Under the pieces are notes generated by a model. That model had not been told where the DNA came from and did not search any database. It worked only from the letters and a program-made list of their open reading frames with translations. The translations under genes were made by a program, and so were the position numbers. From assembly GCA_951406725.2 (NCBI GenBank), contig OX597832.1, forward strand, positions 70,866,001 to 70,930,000: 64,000 nucleotides of DNA. The letters are read 5' to 3'. Shown piece after piece: positions 12,177 to 27,290 of the stretch (position 1 is the stretch's first letter; each line of letters starts with the position of its first letter). This DNA is from Octopus vulgaris (lineage: Eukaryota).

Positions 12177-15100
12177 GTTTTAACAGTTTTAGCACCGTTA
12201 CAGAGAAATGTGGATGATATTAGGTGGTCGCAACTACTGAGCTTTCTGTTTTACATAAAAAGAGACTCTACAGTATTTTGTATAAGCAGACAGAAGGTTA
12301 CTCCGAGTGATTTTGTGCTCGGTCATATTCGTTAATATACATGATCAACCTTACAACATTCCCTGTGTGTGTATATAAAAAAAACTCCCTTTTCTGAGTT
12401 TTTTTATACAGTTACAAATTTAATATATTTTACGTTTGGCATCCACTTCCGGGAACTCCGTACATTTTTTTTTCTTACGTTTGTGCGTCTGGGTTCACTT
12501 ATTTGTTTGGGTGTTGCTACTTGAAAAGTATCATATAACCATTCCATTGGTTCTTCCATTCTCTTGGGTTCGCTCTCAACGAATTTTTTTTCTAGTTGCT
12601 TCATGTGTCTCTTTTATACCCCTTCTCTTCTGTTCACAAGTATAGCTTTTTTCCTATGCATTTGGCAACCATGCCACGTTCCCAACTTTGTTGTCCGTTC
12701 TTGTATGCCCTAACAAATACCTTTTCACCAATTTTGAAATACCTATTGCAATTTTTCTTTTCTTACCAGGTAGTAATTTGTCGAAGACTGATTCTATTTT
12801 CCTCACAAACATCAGCTCCGCTGGTGACATATTTGCTGGTGTATTTGGATTTGGTATACTCTTAAGAATTGTTGTAGAGCTACCTCATCCGTGGCATCCT
12901 TATTCGACTTACTTGGGGCTCTCTTGAACGTATCGACAAAGTGTTCTGCTTGTCCGTTAGATCTGGGATGGTATAGCACCGTACTTACATGTTCTACAGC
13001 GGACGTTTTACAAAACTTTTTAAACGCAAGAGACACAAATTGCGTTCCATTGTCAGACACTATCACGTCTGAGACGCCAAATTTCGCAAATAACTCATGT
13101 AGAAAGTTTGTCGCAGTTGAGGAGTTTGTCTTTGTGCACTTACAAATTTCTGGCCATTTAGAGAAACTATCAACTACCACTAAGTAACGAAACCGATGTG
13201 TAGTCTTGACCACGGAACATCAACTTTTGATCAACGTTCACTTTTTTATCGCCGGTAATTTTGCCACTAGAGCACATCAGCTATAGCTTTTCTCTAAATT
13301 TTCCATTTCTCTGTCCATTTTTGGCTAGTACTCGTAGCTACGCATTAAAGCTCTCATCCTCGAAATACCTATTTTTTTACTACCCACAAGGGGCTAAACA
13401 CAGAGAGGACAAACAAGGACAGACAAACGGATTAAGTCGATTATATCGACCCCAGTGCGTAACTGGTACTTAATTTATCGACCCCGAAAGGATGAAAGGC
13501 AAAGTCCACCTCGGCGGAATTTAAACTCAGAACGTAACGGCAGACGAAATACGGCTACGCATTTCGCCCGGCGTGCTAACGTTTCTGCCAGCTCGCCACC
13601 TTATTTCATCCTCGAAATACCAAGATGTCCAACATAAAATCCCCTCAACGTTTTCGTATGGGATGTTTCGGGAATTACTACTCTCCGTGCATACAACAGC
13701 ACGCCATCACAAAGTGAGTATAGGTTCACACATGGGTTTCGATTCTCACTAATACTGTTCTTATTTACTTTTTCTGACCACAATAGTCTTTTCATTTCTG
13801 TTATGAATTCGTCCTTTATTGCATTTCGTTTTATGTCTTCTAGGGTTACCATTAATTCGCGTGCCACATTCCACATTTCTCTTTCTGATCTTAATGATGT
13901 ATTTCGGTATCAGTGTGGACAAACCATCTGCATGCTCTAGCTATTTTACGGTAAGTATTCCATTTTGTAATTATAATTCAATAATACCCCATCGCTTTAG
14001 TCAATTCACTGTGTGTGTTGGTATTCCTTTTTCAGAACCGTATATTAACAGTAATGGGCGACGATCCGTTTGTAGACAGAAAGTCTTTCCATGAATAAAT
14101 CTATGGAATTTTTTCACACCGAATATGATTGCTAACGCTTCCTTTTCTATTTGGCTATAGTTCCTTTCAGCTAGTAATGACGATTATGGCGCATGTGCAA
14201 TAGCACTTTTACTTCCATCGTCATATTTGTGCAAAAGCACGGCTCCCACAGCTTAATCACTCGCTTCTGTAGCCAAAATAATATCCAACTTTGGATCAAA
14301 ATATGCTAACGATGAGTCTGATGTTAATATGATTTTTAACTCGTCAAATGCCTTCTGGCACTTATCAGTCCAGCACCATTTTGCTTTTTACTTTAACAGA
14401 TCATTGAGCGCGGCGCTTACATTATGTATATTGGGAATGTAAATATGATAGTAATTTACTATACCCCAAAATGCTTGTAGTATAGTCACATTATTCTTCG
14501 TGGGCATATTATTTATCGCGGTTGCTCTGAATGGATCCGGTTTCCGCCCATTTTTGTCTATTATCTGACCCAAGTATTTACTTTTTACAGTGAGAACTCG
14601 CATTTTTCTTCACTTAACTTAAAGCCGTATCCTCTTTTCGAATACCCTTTTTACGTGTTCTAGACGTCGTTCGTGCAATTCACTTTTTATTCGGATATCG
14701 TCTAAACAGACAATAGCAAAATCACAGTCATCCAGCATTGAATCCATTACTTGCTGAAATATGGAAGGAGCCACTTTTACACCGAAGGGAAGTCGCTTGA
14801 ATTCGAATAATCCATGGTGTGTATTAATGGTTAATAAGTGTGAGCATTTTCTTCTACTTGAATTTGTAGATATACCTCAGTGGGGGTCTAATTTTGAGAA
14901 GAATTTCCCTCCATTCAATTTTGCAAACACTTCCTCAGGACTCGGCAAAAGGTAGATATGTAAGATTAAGCAATCATTCAACCCCATTGAAAAATCTGAA
15001 CAAACTCTTAACTTATTTTCCTTTTTAACGTAGACCTTAGGCGCTGCCCAGTCCGATTGGTCCATCTTCTTGATTATTCCTAGGCTTTCTAGTCTTTCAA

Positions 15101-15770
15101 GTTCCTTGTTTACCTGGTCTATTGCCGCGAACGGTACAGTCCGTTTTGGCTTAAACACAGGTGTTGCATTTTGTTTTCCTATAATTTTTGCCTTTGTTTT
15201 CGTGCAGCAGCCCAGTTCCTCCAAGGAAAAATCTGGGAATAAATGTATCGTTTTTCATTTCAAATCCCTCAGCCGCATTCGAACCTTCGACTGAACCGAC
15301 TATATTCCAACGCAAAACACTCATGGGCGTATTCCACAATTTAAACAGTTCCATCCACTCTGTGCTGAACAGACTAACTGAATTTTTTAACATAATTTTG
15401 CTGTTTTCATTTGGTCACGAAATGACACATTGCACACAACTTTGCCAACAAATACAATCTTTCACCTGTAACACCATGTGCTACTTTTGTTGATTTATTT
15501 AATTTCGGCTTACTGATATACTTCCAAGTTTCTTCATTCACAATGGTAATATCACTTCTAATGGCTAACTGCATGTTTACTTTTATATTTTTAATTTTCC
15601 CATTTGCGAATTTCCTCTTTGTCACCTTACCATTTCCTTTCGACGACATCTTGTTTATTCATTTTCCCTTGTTCCAACATTTTTCCATCTTGGTTTTAAG
15701 GTGCTCTTTTACGTGTCCAAGTTTCCCACAACGGAAGCAGACCACTTTCTTAAATGGATAGACCTCCACA
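12177..15770 (-). mobile_element. Decayed Ty3/Gypsy LTR retrotransposon (gag knuckle, protease, RT, RNase H, integrase)
   Basis: CFRCGKLGH knuckle; SDITIVNEETW protease-like; PVFKPKRTVPFA..SDWAAP..LRVCSDF RT; YLGQIIDKNG; integrase YLVVVDSFSKWPE..IVSDNGTQF..YHPRSNGQAE. Many stops and frameshifts. A possible 3' LTR starts TGTTG at ~12358 (weak). Confidence 0.9.
13370..13603 (-). mobile_element. Full-length tRNA-derived SINE with Meta-like central domain, nested in Gypsy integrase
   Basis: GGTGGCGAGCTGGCAGAAACGTTAGC A-box, GAGTTTAAATTCC B-box, GCCTTTCATCCTTTCGGGGTCGATAAATTAAGTACCAG. 16-bp TSD TCATCCTCGAAATACC at 13354-13369 and 13606-13621. Confidence 0.9.
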
Positions 15771-16062
15771 TAACATCCCCACCAACACAAAACACACACG
15801 AACATACACACGCACACACACAGTCGCACACGCACACACGCGCGTACAAACACATGCGCACACACAACACTCTTACAAATACATATCACATACATAACAC
15901 ACACACACAAATGTGCACACTTATACACACACCATCCTGCTAAATATGAAATACACACATACACAGACTCATACACATGGCACACTAAACACTGGGACCA
16001 ATCAAAAACGGCCCACACACACAGACACAAGCACATATATATACACACACAGACACAAGCAC

Positions 16063-16093
<31 letters not shown>

Positions 16094-16218
16094 CACACAC
16101 ACAAAGGGACGTGCGCAGAGACACACACTCACTCACACCATTCTGACCTCTAAGACCAGTCCCAAATACTACTGAACCATGACAGACTAGCCCAGAAACA
16201 AAAAAGTCCTTTTGATTC

Positions 16219-16365
16219 CACAGCGTGAGACGACTGTTGTTATCGTTAGGCCTAACTCATCGTAAAGTCAATACCACCATGACTGATATCCAATCTACAG
16301 TGGAGAAGGCTAGCCACTGGATTTGGTTAAAAAGAGACGATGAGCGATGGCTAGAAGTATATTGA
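16219..16365 (+). pseudogene. C-terminal fragment of Hero-clade (R2-like) retrotransposon ORF
   Basis: Translates (H)SVRRLLLSLGLTHRKVNTTMTDIQSTVEKASHWIWLKRDDERWLEVY*. The EKAS.W.WLKR ending is typical of Hero ORFs. Confidence 0.75.
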
Positions 16366-16385
16366 GTTCTTCATAACCAGCTGAT

Positions 16386-16497
16386 CTAGCAAGCGGGGCC
16401 TCATATCAGTGAGGGGGGCCGGTGCGCATTGATGCCGTGGAGAGGTAGGCCCCGAAACGGCGCGCATTCTCTCCTGATGACCCCATACACTTGCTAG
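16386..16497 (+). ncRNA. Structured hammerhead-like RNA with non-standard strand order in Hero UTR
   Basis: Contains GAAA (16454-57) and CTGATGA (16474-80), seven complementary helices, and a closing stem CTAGCAAG/CTTGCTAG. Confidence 0.6.
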
Positions 16498-16611
16498 CTT
16501 CCGATATACGGAGCTTTTAACTGGTAGCACTTGCATGTGCAAGTTGTTTGCAAGACATCTAATACCTTGTGGTAGGTAACCACTGACAAACCGGAAAGAC
16601 GGTTAGGCATC

Positions 16612-17745
16612 TTGGAAAGACAAGAGGACTGCTCGGAAAGACCAGCGGACAATAGGAAAGACTATCGACACCAGGAAAGACTGGCGGAGGCTGCGGACTT
16701 ACGATCCTCGCCTCTGTATTTTATTGTAACAGAAATAACAGGAAATGACAGCCCCACGATTGATCGAGAGGGGAGAGTCGAGAATCAATCAAACCCAGTC
16801 AGCACGGGAATGACCTTGGAAACGAACATGATTATTCATTCGAACAGCGAACGAAATGCAAACAACTTTGGATGCAAGCTGTGCTATAGAACCTTTGCAA
16901 CTGAGAGAGGCTTGAAGATACATCAGGGAAAGACTTGTGAGAAGAAGACAGAGCAGTGTGGATCGTCAGATCATAAAGCACGTGGCAAATCATCCCCGGA
17001 CTCAAACCACAGCGGATCGATAAATGCTACAGCAGAGAACTCTTCACGTGATGAAACTACAAGTCATGAAACTGGTGCATCGGATAATACTCAGAGGAAA
17101 CCGAGGGTTTTGTGGCCTGCTGCTAATGAGAAAGTGAAATATAAAGAGTTTGAAAACAAGGTTTGTCGGGCTCTTTATAAAATGACAGGCTCTACAGTGG
17201 AGAAACTGGGAAAATTATCAAGCTCAATATACGATATAGGAAAATATTTATTTGGAATAAAAGAGAATATCCGACTAGAGAAAGGAAAGTGTGGACCAAG
17301 CATGAGGATCAGAAAAATGCAGCAGTTGAGGAAGGAAAAGTCCGACTTAAGAAAGCGATGGAGATGTGCTGCACTAGATGAGAAACCTGGCCTTGCGTTG
17401 CTGTATAACGATTTGAAGAGGAAATGTCGTTATGTGCAACGACATATCCACCGATATGAGCGTCGAAAAGAAAGTAAAAGGACTCGGGGGCAGTTTCTGA
17501 AGGACCCGTACGGGTTTACTAAGAAGCTGTTCACTGAACCGAGGAGTGGTACTTTATCGTGCACTAAAGAAGAATTGGATGCTCATATCAAGGAAACCTA
17601 CAGCGATCCGCACCGTCACCAGCCGCTGCCACCTCTACATGGGTTAAATCATCTCTCAGGACCTGATATCGAATTCCAGATTGGGGACATCAGGGAGAGA
17701 GAGGTGAATGACTTCGTAAGAAAAGCTAGAGCAAAGAGTGCCCCA
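16612..17745 (+). pseudogene. N-terminal half of Hero-clade (R2-like) retrotransposon ORF, truncated before the RT core
   Basis: Zinc finger CKLCYRTFATERGLKIHQGKTC; RVLWPAAN; FLKDPYGFTKKLF..RSGTL; KARAKSAP, after which homology ends. Confidence 0.85.
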
Positions 17746-17939
17746 GAGTGTTTAAGTATTGAGAAATCTTTGAGTTGGATGAGACTTTCCAATTTTCTGG
17801 TTTTTCTTCTCAGAAGTATGTAATATTTGCCGTGGTAGGAATTCTCGAGAGATGTTTGGGGGTTAATAAGAAGCCCCCGGAATAGAGAGGAGCTATAGTG
17901 CAACTTGATTTTTGATGTATAAATGTTAAGAGGGATTCC

Positions 17940-17958
17940 GTGCGTATGTGTGTGTGCG

Positions 17959-18040
<82 letters not shown>

Positions 18041-18238
18041 TGTGATTGTCATACATAAGATGTCAGGGCATTCAAGAGCAGATTGCTATAGTTTAATAGA
18101 ATGTAATACAATACCGCGTAATAGTTGATTGTGTCGTTGTATATTGTATAATATTGAGTTTATAAGGGTATGTAGGTATACATTATTATATAGAGAAGGC
18201 GAAATATACAGATATATACGTACATATTTATGTGCTTG

Positions 18239-18314
<76 letters not shown>

Positions 18315-18434
18315 ATGTATGTATGTATGCATGCCTGTATATGTTATATATTTTAAAATGTATAATTTACAAATACACACACGTTAGATGCGAATGAAAG
18401 TGTGTGTTTGTCTGTCTATATGTGTGTGTGTGTT

Positions 18435-18505
<71 letters not shown>

Positions 18506-18909
18506 TTGTGTACGTATATCTAAATGTACATACATAGATATGTATCGTGAGATTGCTTCATCATAATTCGTGTAGTTTTGCTCTTTGAGATTGTTTGCCA
18601 AGGAAAACAAGTGTGAAAGGTGAATTGTGTCCGAAATAAAAGAGAACAATGGCGAGAGGTGAAGTATAAAAGAAATAAAGGAATTTTGGAGGTTGGGAGG
18701 GGGAATAAAAAAGAAAGAGAATAACAGAAATGAAATTTAGTGTAAAGAAACGCAAGAACGAATGAAGGAATTAATGAAACCTACTAGAGAGAAAGAGAAC
18801 AAAATGACGGTTTTAAATGCGAGTGCATATACATATGTGTGTGTGTATGCGTCTGTGTGTATGTGTGTATGTATATATATACATATATATATATATATAC
18901 ATACATACA

Positions 18910-18965
<56 letters not shown>

Positions 18966-19010
18966 CCTGTGTACATACATATATATACATACATATATAT
19001 GTGCCCCAAC
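17940..19010. repeat. Cluster of (TG)n/(TA)n/(TATG)n microsatellites
   Basis: Visible directly, interspersed with AT-rich unique sequence. Confidence 0.85.
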
Positions 19011-19576
19011 ATAGACTAATGAACGAGCCAAGTAAAATATAAAATATATATTACGTATGCATGCATGGAGGGATGTATGAATGAGTAGCAGAAATCCAAA
19101 ACACAACAAAACTAATAAAAAGAGCGAAACTTTGAAGAGAAATAAATGCAAGCGGAACAAGTGATACGAAGTATTGGAGGGAGAGAAAGGGAGAGTAGGG
19201 GAAAGTGAGAGAGAGGTGGAAATTTGGAGGAAAATGGGAGTAGAATAAAGGCAGGAGGAGTAAAAGGTGAGAGAAATTTTTTTGCTTTGTTTCTTATTTT
19301 GCAATGATCCTGATAAAGGAGATCTCGTCTAAACACATAGACAAAGGCGTGTGTACGCATGCGTTTGAATACATGCTTGTACGTGCAGTGTTGCAGTTGT
19401 ACAAATGCAGCTAGTCAGAGGCGGACATAGTCATATACACATATTTGTTGCGAATGAATGGAACAGGGGAGGAACATGAAAGTATAGAAGGATCCGCAAA
19501 GAATACATCGAAAATATGTGTAGGAATATATATACATGCCGAAGGTATGCATGTGTGTATATACGTATGCATGCAT

Positions 19577-19630
<54 letters not shown>

Positions 19631-20032
19631 AGTACATGTTTTTATGTGTATTGGATAATATGAGTATGTAAATATATATATATATGCCGAAGTATATAGA
19701 ACTGTATACATACATGTGTGTGTGTACGTGTACACATATATATGCCATATCTTAAGACATGCATACATGTATTCATGTTAAATGCACACCTTTCTATCAA
19801 ATATATGTACATGTATGTATGTATATGTATGTATATATCTGTATGCATGTATGTATATATATATACTTATATATATATGTATGTATGTATATACATATAT
19901 ACATACATATACGTATAATAGAAAGGTGTGTCTTTTAATACAAGGTGTATGTCTTACGTTTGATCTTCCTCAAGTGTCTAAAGACAAACCAAAGTGGCGA
20001 AACAAAGAACATTCTATCAACAGGAATATTTC

Positions 20033-20068
<36 letters not shown>

Positions 20069-20087
20069 GTGTTTGTATGTGTGTTTA

Positions 20088-20118
<31 letters not shown>

Positions 20119-20399
20119 TTATATTTTGGCTGATGCCAATTCACACACAACCACGCACTCACATATACTCCCAATATTGTGCTCACAATAAACTGCACCA
20201 AAAGGCTTTCGCAGCAAATTCAAAGAAATACGAGATTTAAAAGGTTAAAACATTTTATAAGTAGTCTGCACAATACACACACACACACACACTTACGCAC
20301 AAACACACACACATACACAAATGCACACACACACAGACTCACGTACGCACCCATGTATATGTATATATATACGCACACACAAATATTTACAAAAGACTG

Positions 20400-20486
20400 A
20401 AAGAGAGAGAGAGAAAAAAAGAAAGAGAGAGAGAGACAGACAGACAGAAATACAGAGACAGGGAGAGACAGAGAAGAAAAGAAAGG

Positions 20487-20585
<99 letters not shown>

Positions 20586-20643
20586 AAGGAAGGCAGGAAA
20601 GATGAAAGAAAGAAAGAAAGAAAGAAAGAAGGAAAGAAAGAAC

Positions 20644-20685
<42 letters not shown>

Positions 20686-20951
20686 AATGGAGTAGATGGG
20701 CCGATACTTAGTATTGTGCATATTTATGTGTATGCATCATTACGTGGGTGTGTCATTGTCTGAATGTATAAAAGTATCGTCGATGATGGAACTATGGAAC
20801 ACTGAATATGACGGAATAAATGTAGAAAATGGGTGCTCGGAAATATTGCCAAAAAAGAGAATGAGTGGCCGATTTTTTATATATATGCTAGTCTTTAATT
20901 CATATGCGCGTGTATGAGTGTATGCTTGTTTGCCTGCATATTATATATGTA

Positions 20952-21019
<68 letters not shown>

Positions 21020-21067
21020 GTAGATAGATAGGTAGATAGATAGATAGATAGATAGATAGATACATAC

Positions 21068-21130
<63 letters not shown>

Positions 21131-21292
21131 TATATATATATATATATATATATGTACATATATATATATATATATATATATACATATGTATATATATCTT
21201 ATATATATATACATATGTGTGTATAATTATATATATGAGCGTGTATACATATGCATGCATATATATATACTTATATATATACTCACACACAC

Positions 21293-21362
<70 letters not shown>

Positions 21363-21555
21363 GTGTGTATAATTATATATTTGTGTGTATACATATGTAT
21401 GTATATATTTATATATATACTCACACACACACATATATATATAAATATATATATATATACATTTATTTATATATATATATATACATTTATTTATATACAA
21501 ACATATATATACATACACATACAGATGTAAATATGTATGTATACATGCATATATA
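20400..21555. repeat. (GAAA)n/(GATA)n/(TA)n microsatellite cluster
   Basis: Visible directly. Confidence 0.9.
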
Positions 21556-22871
<1,316 letters not shown>

Positions 22872-22984
22872 TCCAAACATATATATAGAAATTTTTGTTA
22901 AAGAAGCCCCCTGCTATAACAGTACCCAAGCTAACAGTGGTTTCAAAAGTAAGTTATATCACAACCCTTCTACTAATGATACTA

Positions 22985-24277
22985 ATGATACAAATAGAAC
23001 CTTTGATGGAGAAAGAAATGACAGAAAAATTTAAGGTGGAGTATTTGCGCAGACTGATCCTTAATTCGAAATTAAATGGATGGAATAAAATGGAAGCTAT
23101 CAACACCTACGCGGTTTCACTCCTTGGATATGGAGCAGGGATAATCACATGAACAGTAGACGAACTAAACAGCCTAGACAAAAAGACAAGGAAGAAGTTG
23201 CGAATTAGATATATGGGTCACTCCACCCAAAAAGTTACACAGACAGACTGTATGTACCAAGAAAAAGAGGGGGAAGAGGACTTATTGGATGTGAACACAG
23301 CATTAGAGCTGAAGAAAACAACATAGCATGGTATGTAAAAAAATGCCACAGAACCGCTATTATTAGAAGTAGGAAGTTCAGGCTTGTGTAGGATGCAAGA
23401 TTACAAAGATAAAGCACTATACAAGAAACTGAAGACGAATGAAACTGAAAATAGGTGGATAAAGAAAAGGATACATGGTCAATTTCATAGGGATGTTGAA
23501 GATAAGACAGACAGAGAAAACTATGGCCGTGGATGACTAAAAGTGAGTTAAAACCGGAAACGGAGGCTCTAATCTGTGCTGCCCAAGATCAAGCACTAAG
23601 AACAAACTACGTAAAATACAGAATAGACAACACAGCAGAAAGTGAAAAGTGCAGAATCTGTGGACAAACGGTGAAACCGTATGGCATATTACCAGCTAAT
23701 GTACGCCACTAGCCCAGAAGAAATATAAGGGACGCCACAACAATATAGCCAGGCTTGTCCATTGGACACTTTGCAACAATTAAGGAACTTGACAGAGAAA
23801 AAAGTTGGTACGACCACAAACCTGAAGGTATCTTCGAAAATAGAAATGCAAAGATCCTATGGGATTTTATGATTCAGTGCGACCATGAGATAGAGAAAAG
23901 GAAGCCGGACATAGTCTTAATTGAGAAAGAAAACAAACTATGCTGGATCATAGATATAGCATGCCCAACTGACAACAAGGTATACGATAAGGAAGAAAGA
24001 AAAGTTGAGAGATATGACAGGTTAGCTTGGGAAGTTAAGCAGTTGTCGTCAATGAAAAAGGTAGCAGTAATACCAATAATTGTCGGAGCAAAAATCTCGA
24101 AAAATACGTGGAACAAATAGGGGCTGCAATAAGGGTGGAGCACTTGCAGAAAGGAGCACTACTTGGAACCACTCGAATACTACGGAAGGTGCTCGAAAAA
24201 TAAGAGGTATTACCTTAGTTCACTGGTAGTAAACAGCTAACACTGTAGTACATCTCCAGCGTTAGAAGCTGTGCAAA

Positions 24278-24347
<70 letters not shown>
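22985..24347 (+). mobile_element. R4/Dong-like non-LTR retrotransposon, 5'-truncated, with (TAA)n tail
   Basis: SKLNGWNKMEAINTYAVSLL; CRICG zinc knuckle region; KILWDFMIQCDHEIEKRKPDIVL..IIDIACP RLE; (TAA)n at 24280-24347. Confidence 0.88.
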
Positions 24348-26025
24348 GATGCCACTAGATCTATTATTAGCATTTAATTATTAGTATTCTGATAATTATT
24401 AGAGGGATTATACATTAATTTATCTTTGAAGCTACTATTGGCTAGAGCATTGTTATAATGAGGAACAGCTTTCTCGAAAATAGGCCAAGGAAAATTATCT
24501 GGTCGCCTCTCCCTAGTTACATCTCAATATAGTAACACGACTTACTACGCATTCTATCCAGCGTTTCTCACAGAGCCCAAATATTAAACTAGGTCAGAAT
24601 ATCTTTCATTCGCTTGCCTTCAGTGGATTTATTTGGTCACTAAAGGATGAAATCGCTAACTTTGCTATAAAATGAGAAATATTCGGCGAGGCAGTACCAT
24701 ACAAAATTCGGGATTAAAAAATGCAATTTATGCCGGGAAGAAATATTCCATATTTTCACGTCTAAATACCACTTATCAAATAATATGCAAGAATTATCCC
24801 CCAAATGCTCCCATTACCACCGAAAAGCTTTCAAAATTTTAAAACTTAATTTTAATTAAGCACTTCTCAGGTTAGCGATAGGAGAATTTACGTGAACAAT
24901 ATTAGTGGGTTGTATTCTCTTATCAACTTTTCGCCCCCCCCCCCTCACACATACGCATTCCTATTTCCTTTGACTATTTCTTAACATTAAGTCCTGGACT
25001 ACTTTTATTCTCTCAAATATGCTTTTCCTTCTTAGTTTCTACCATTTTTTACATATTTCTTATGTGATTCCGATATCGATTTTCTCTGGACTTCTCCAAT
25101 CAATTATTCTCCTTCATGTGTAAACACACCCCATATTGAATACTCTGTCATATCTAGGAGGATGCTATCTACATATTGGTTTAAGCTTGGTCTACCTAGA
25201 TAATGATTTTGATTTCTCTGTAAGTGGAAGTAATCTACCTTATTGTGAACGGCCTTACTAGTAAATTCTGAATATCTTATATTTTTAAACTCTGTCTTAG
25301 CAACTCTTGATGCATATAACTCTCGCAGAAATTATTTCTGTCTATTTCACTTAAAGCTAGTGGATGGAATATATTCTTGCCTAGTTCAAAACCTGGCCTT
25401 CCTAACTTTTTCATCTAAAAATTAGGGTCATCTAATGGTCGATTTGATTTTGTAGCTAAATCATATATCACCCTACTACCTTTGCTGCTCTTTGCAGTCA
25501 AAATACATTGTCTCTTACCGAAAATATAAGACTGTCTAAACTATTCTACTCCAGTTCTCTTGAGGCTTTGATGGTGACAACACTTTGAATAAAGCCGTAT
25601 GGATGCGTTTTTAACACGGATGACATCTGGATGCAGATGAACCAACAGGATGTAAATGAACACCATATAACAAGATATCATTGCAACAGAAACATATGTC
25701 GAGCAGAAGTTTGAAGGGAATATACTATGGGAAAGACTGTAATAATGAAAACTGTGCAGATGTATAATTCTCCATCTTTATGTTGTCTTGGACATCCGCA
25801 CAATAAACTGTTTATAACCTAATGAAGCGATCTCAGGATCTACTCAGCGTGCGAAATATTGTGTGATTGTTTACCTTAAATAATCCCCAGTTATTCCATA
25901 TCCTTTGATGCGGTTAGCCAGAACTTGGGTTGTACTATTGTGCTTGAACGGTACCCGCCTGGATCTATTATTCTTATCCATTCCCTTCGACCTATGGGTG
26001 CCCAGGATTTTCAGGCAATTTATGA

Positions 26026-26073
26026 CTTGCTTGAAGATCTTGTGCACCCAAAGACGAAACTCACAGTAGCAAG
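26026..26073 (+). ncRNA. Minimal hammerhead-like motif (C3U core variant)
   Basis: CTTGC-TTGAAGA-TCTT..AAGA-C-GAAA-CTCACAG-TA-GCAAG. Stem I is a perfect 5 bp. Confidence 0.6.
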
Positions 26074-26158
26074 AGACTGACTCTACCAAAATATAAACAT
26101 ATCACTAATCTTTACTATGGTATGAAGTAAAATTTTTCCGACCGTAAACACTAAACAA

Positions 26159-26205
<47 letters not shown>

Positions 26206-26206
26206 T

Positions 26207-26284
<78 letters not shown>

Positions 26285-26639
26285 TGATGCATATATGCAT
26301 ATGTGCACATCTAAACGTGTGTGTGCGTGTGTGTGTTCATACGTGTGTGTGTAGTCTTCGTTTACAAGTGATTCCACTACAATGACGATGGCTACAGAGT
26401 AGTACAACAGACCTAGGTTCCAAACATAACACCAACTACAACAACAACTGCTACAACAGAATAAACAACAAAGTCATATTAGACACAGATGTTCTCTTAA
26501 ATTAAATGGATAATCTACTGATTTCAATGAACCAATCAAGTCCTGGGTATCGATTAGTTCATTTAAAATAGGAAGACGGAAAAACTGGAGTTGAATTTGA
26601 TTTGATACAAGAACATTTCTCTTTTTTTTCACTAGATTT

Positions 26640-26866
26640 GATCTACTTGAAAATTACAACAACTACAACAACAACAACAACAACACCAACAAAAGGAATA
26701 ACGATAACGACAGCAGCAACAAAAATTACATTAGTTATGATATAACTAACAACAAAAACGACCGCCAGAATCACAAAACAAACAAGAGAAAAATAACAAA
26801 AAACAACTACAAAAAAACTACAGTAATAACTACAAAATACGATATCAAAAACAGCTGCTGCTGCTG

Positions 26867-26902
<36 letters not shown>

Positions 26903-27290
26903 TAACATGACCAAATTGAGTAATAGATGCCATGGCGAATGCGCAGAAGAAGCAAGAACTACAGTCATAAGTATTGTCGAAACTATCACAGAAGGAACAA
27001 TATCATCATCATCATCATCATTATCATCATCATCATCATCATCATCGTTACCGTCGTCGTCCTCCTCCTTCTTCTTCTCCTCCCCCTCATCATCATCATC
27101 AACAATGCTTGCATTAGAGTAACCATAACAAGTGGTAGTAGTAACAGCAGCAGCAACAACAGCAACAACAAACACCTTTATGACAGCAGCAGCAGCCGAA
27201 GCAACGATCTCTTCACTCACAATCACAATGAAAGCACCACGATGACGCCGACAGTGAGGACAACAGCAACAACAACAACAACAAAAGCAA
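26640..27290. repeat. Trinucleotide low-complexity region (AAC/CTA/CAT/CAG)
   Basis: Visible directly. Confidence 0.85.

Noticed and set aside
13370-13603. tRNA gene
   Set aside because: The A/B boxes belong to a SINE head. There is no complete cloverleaf, and a TSD and tail are present.
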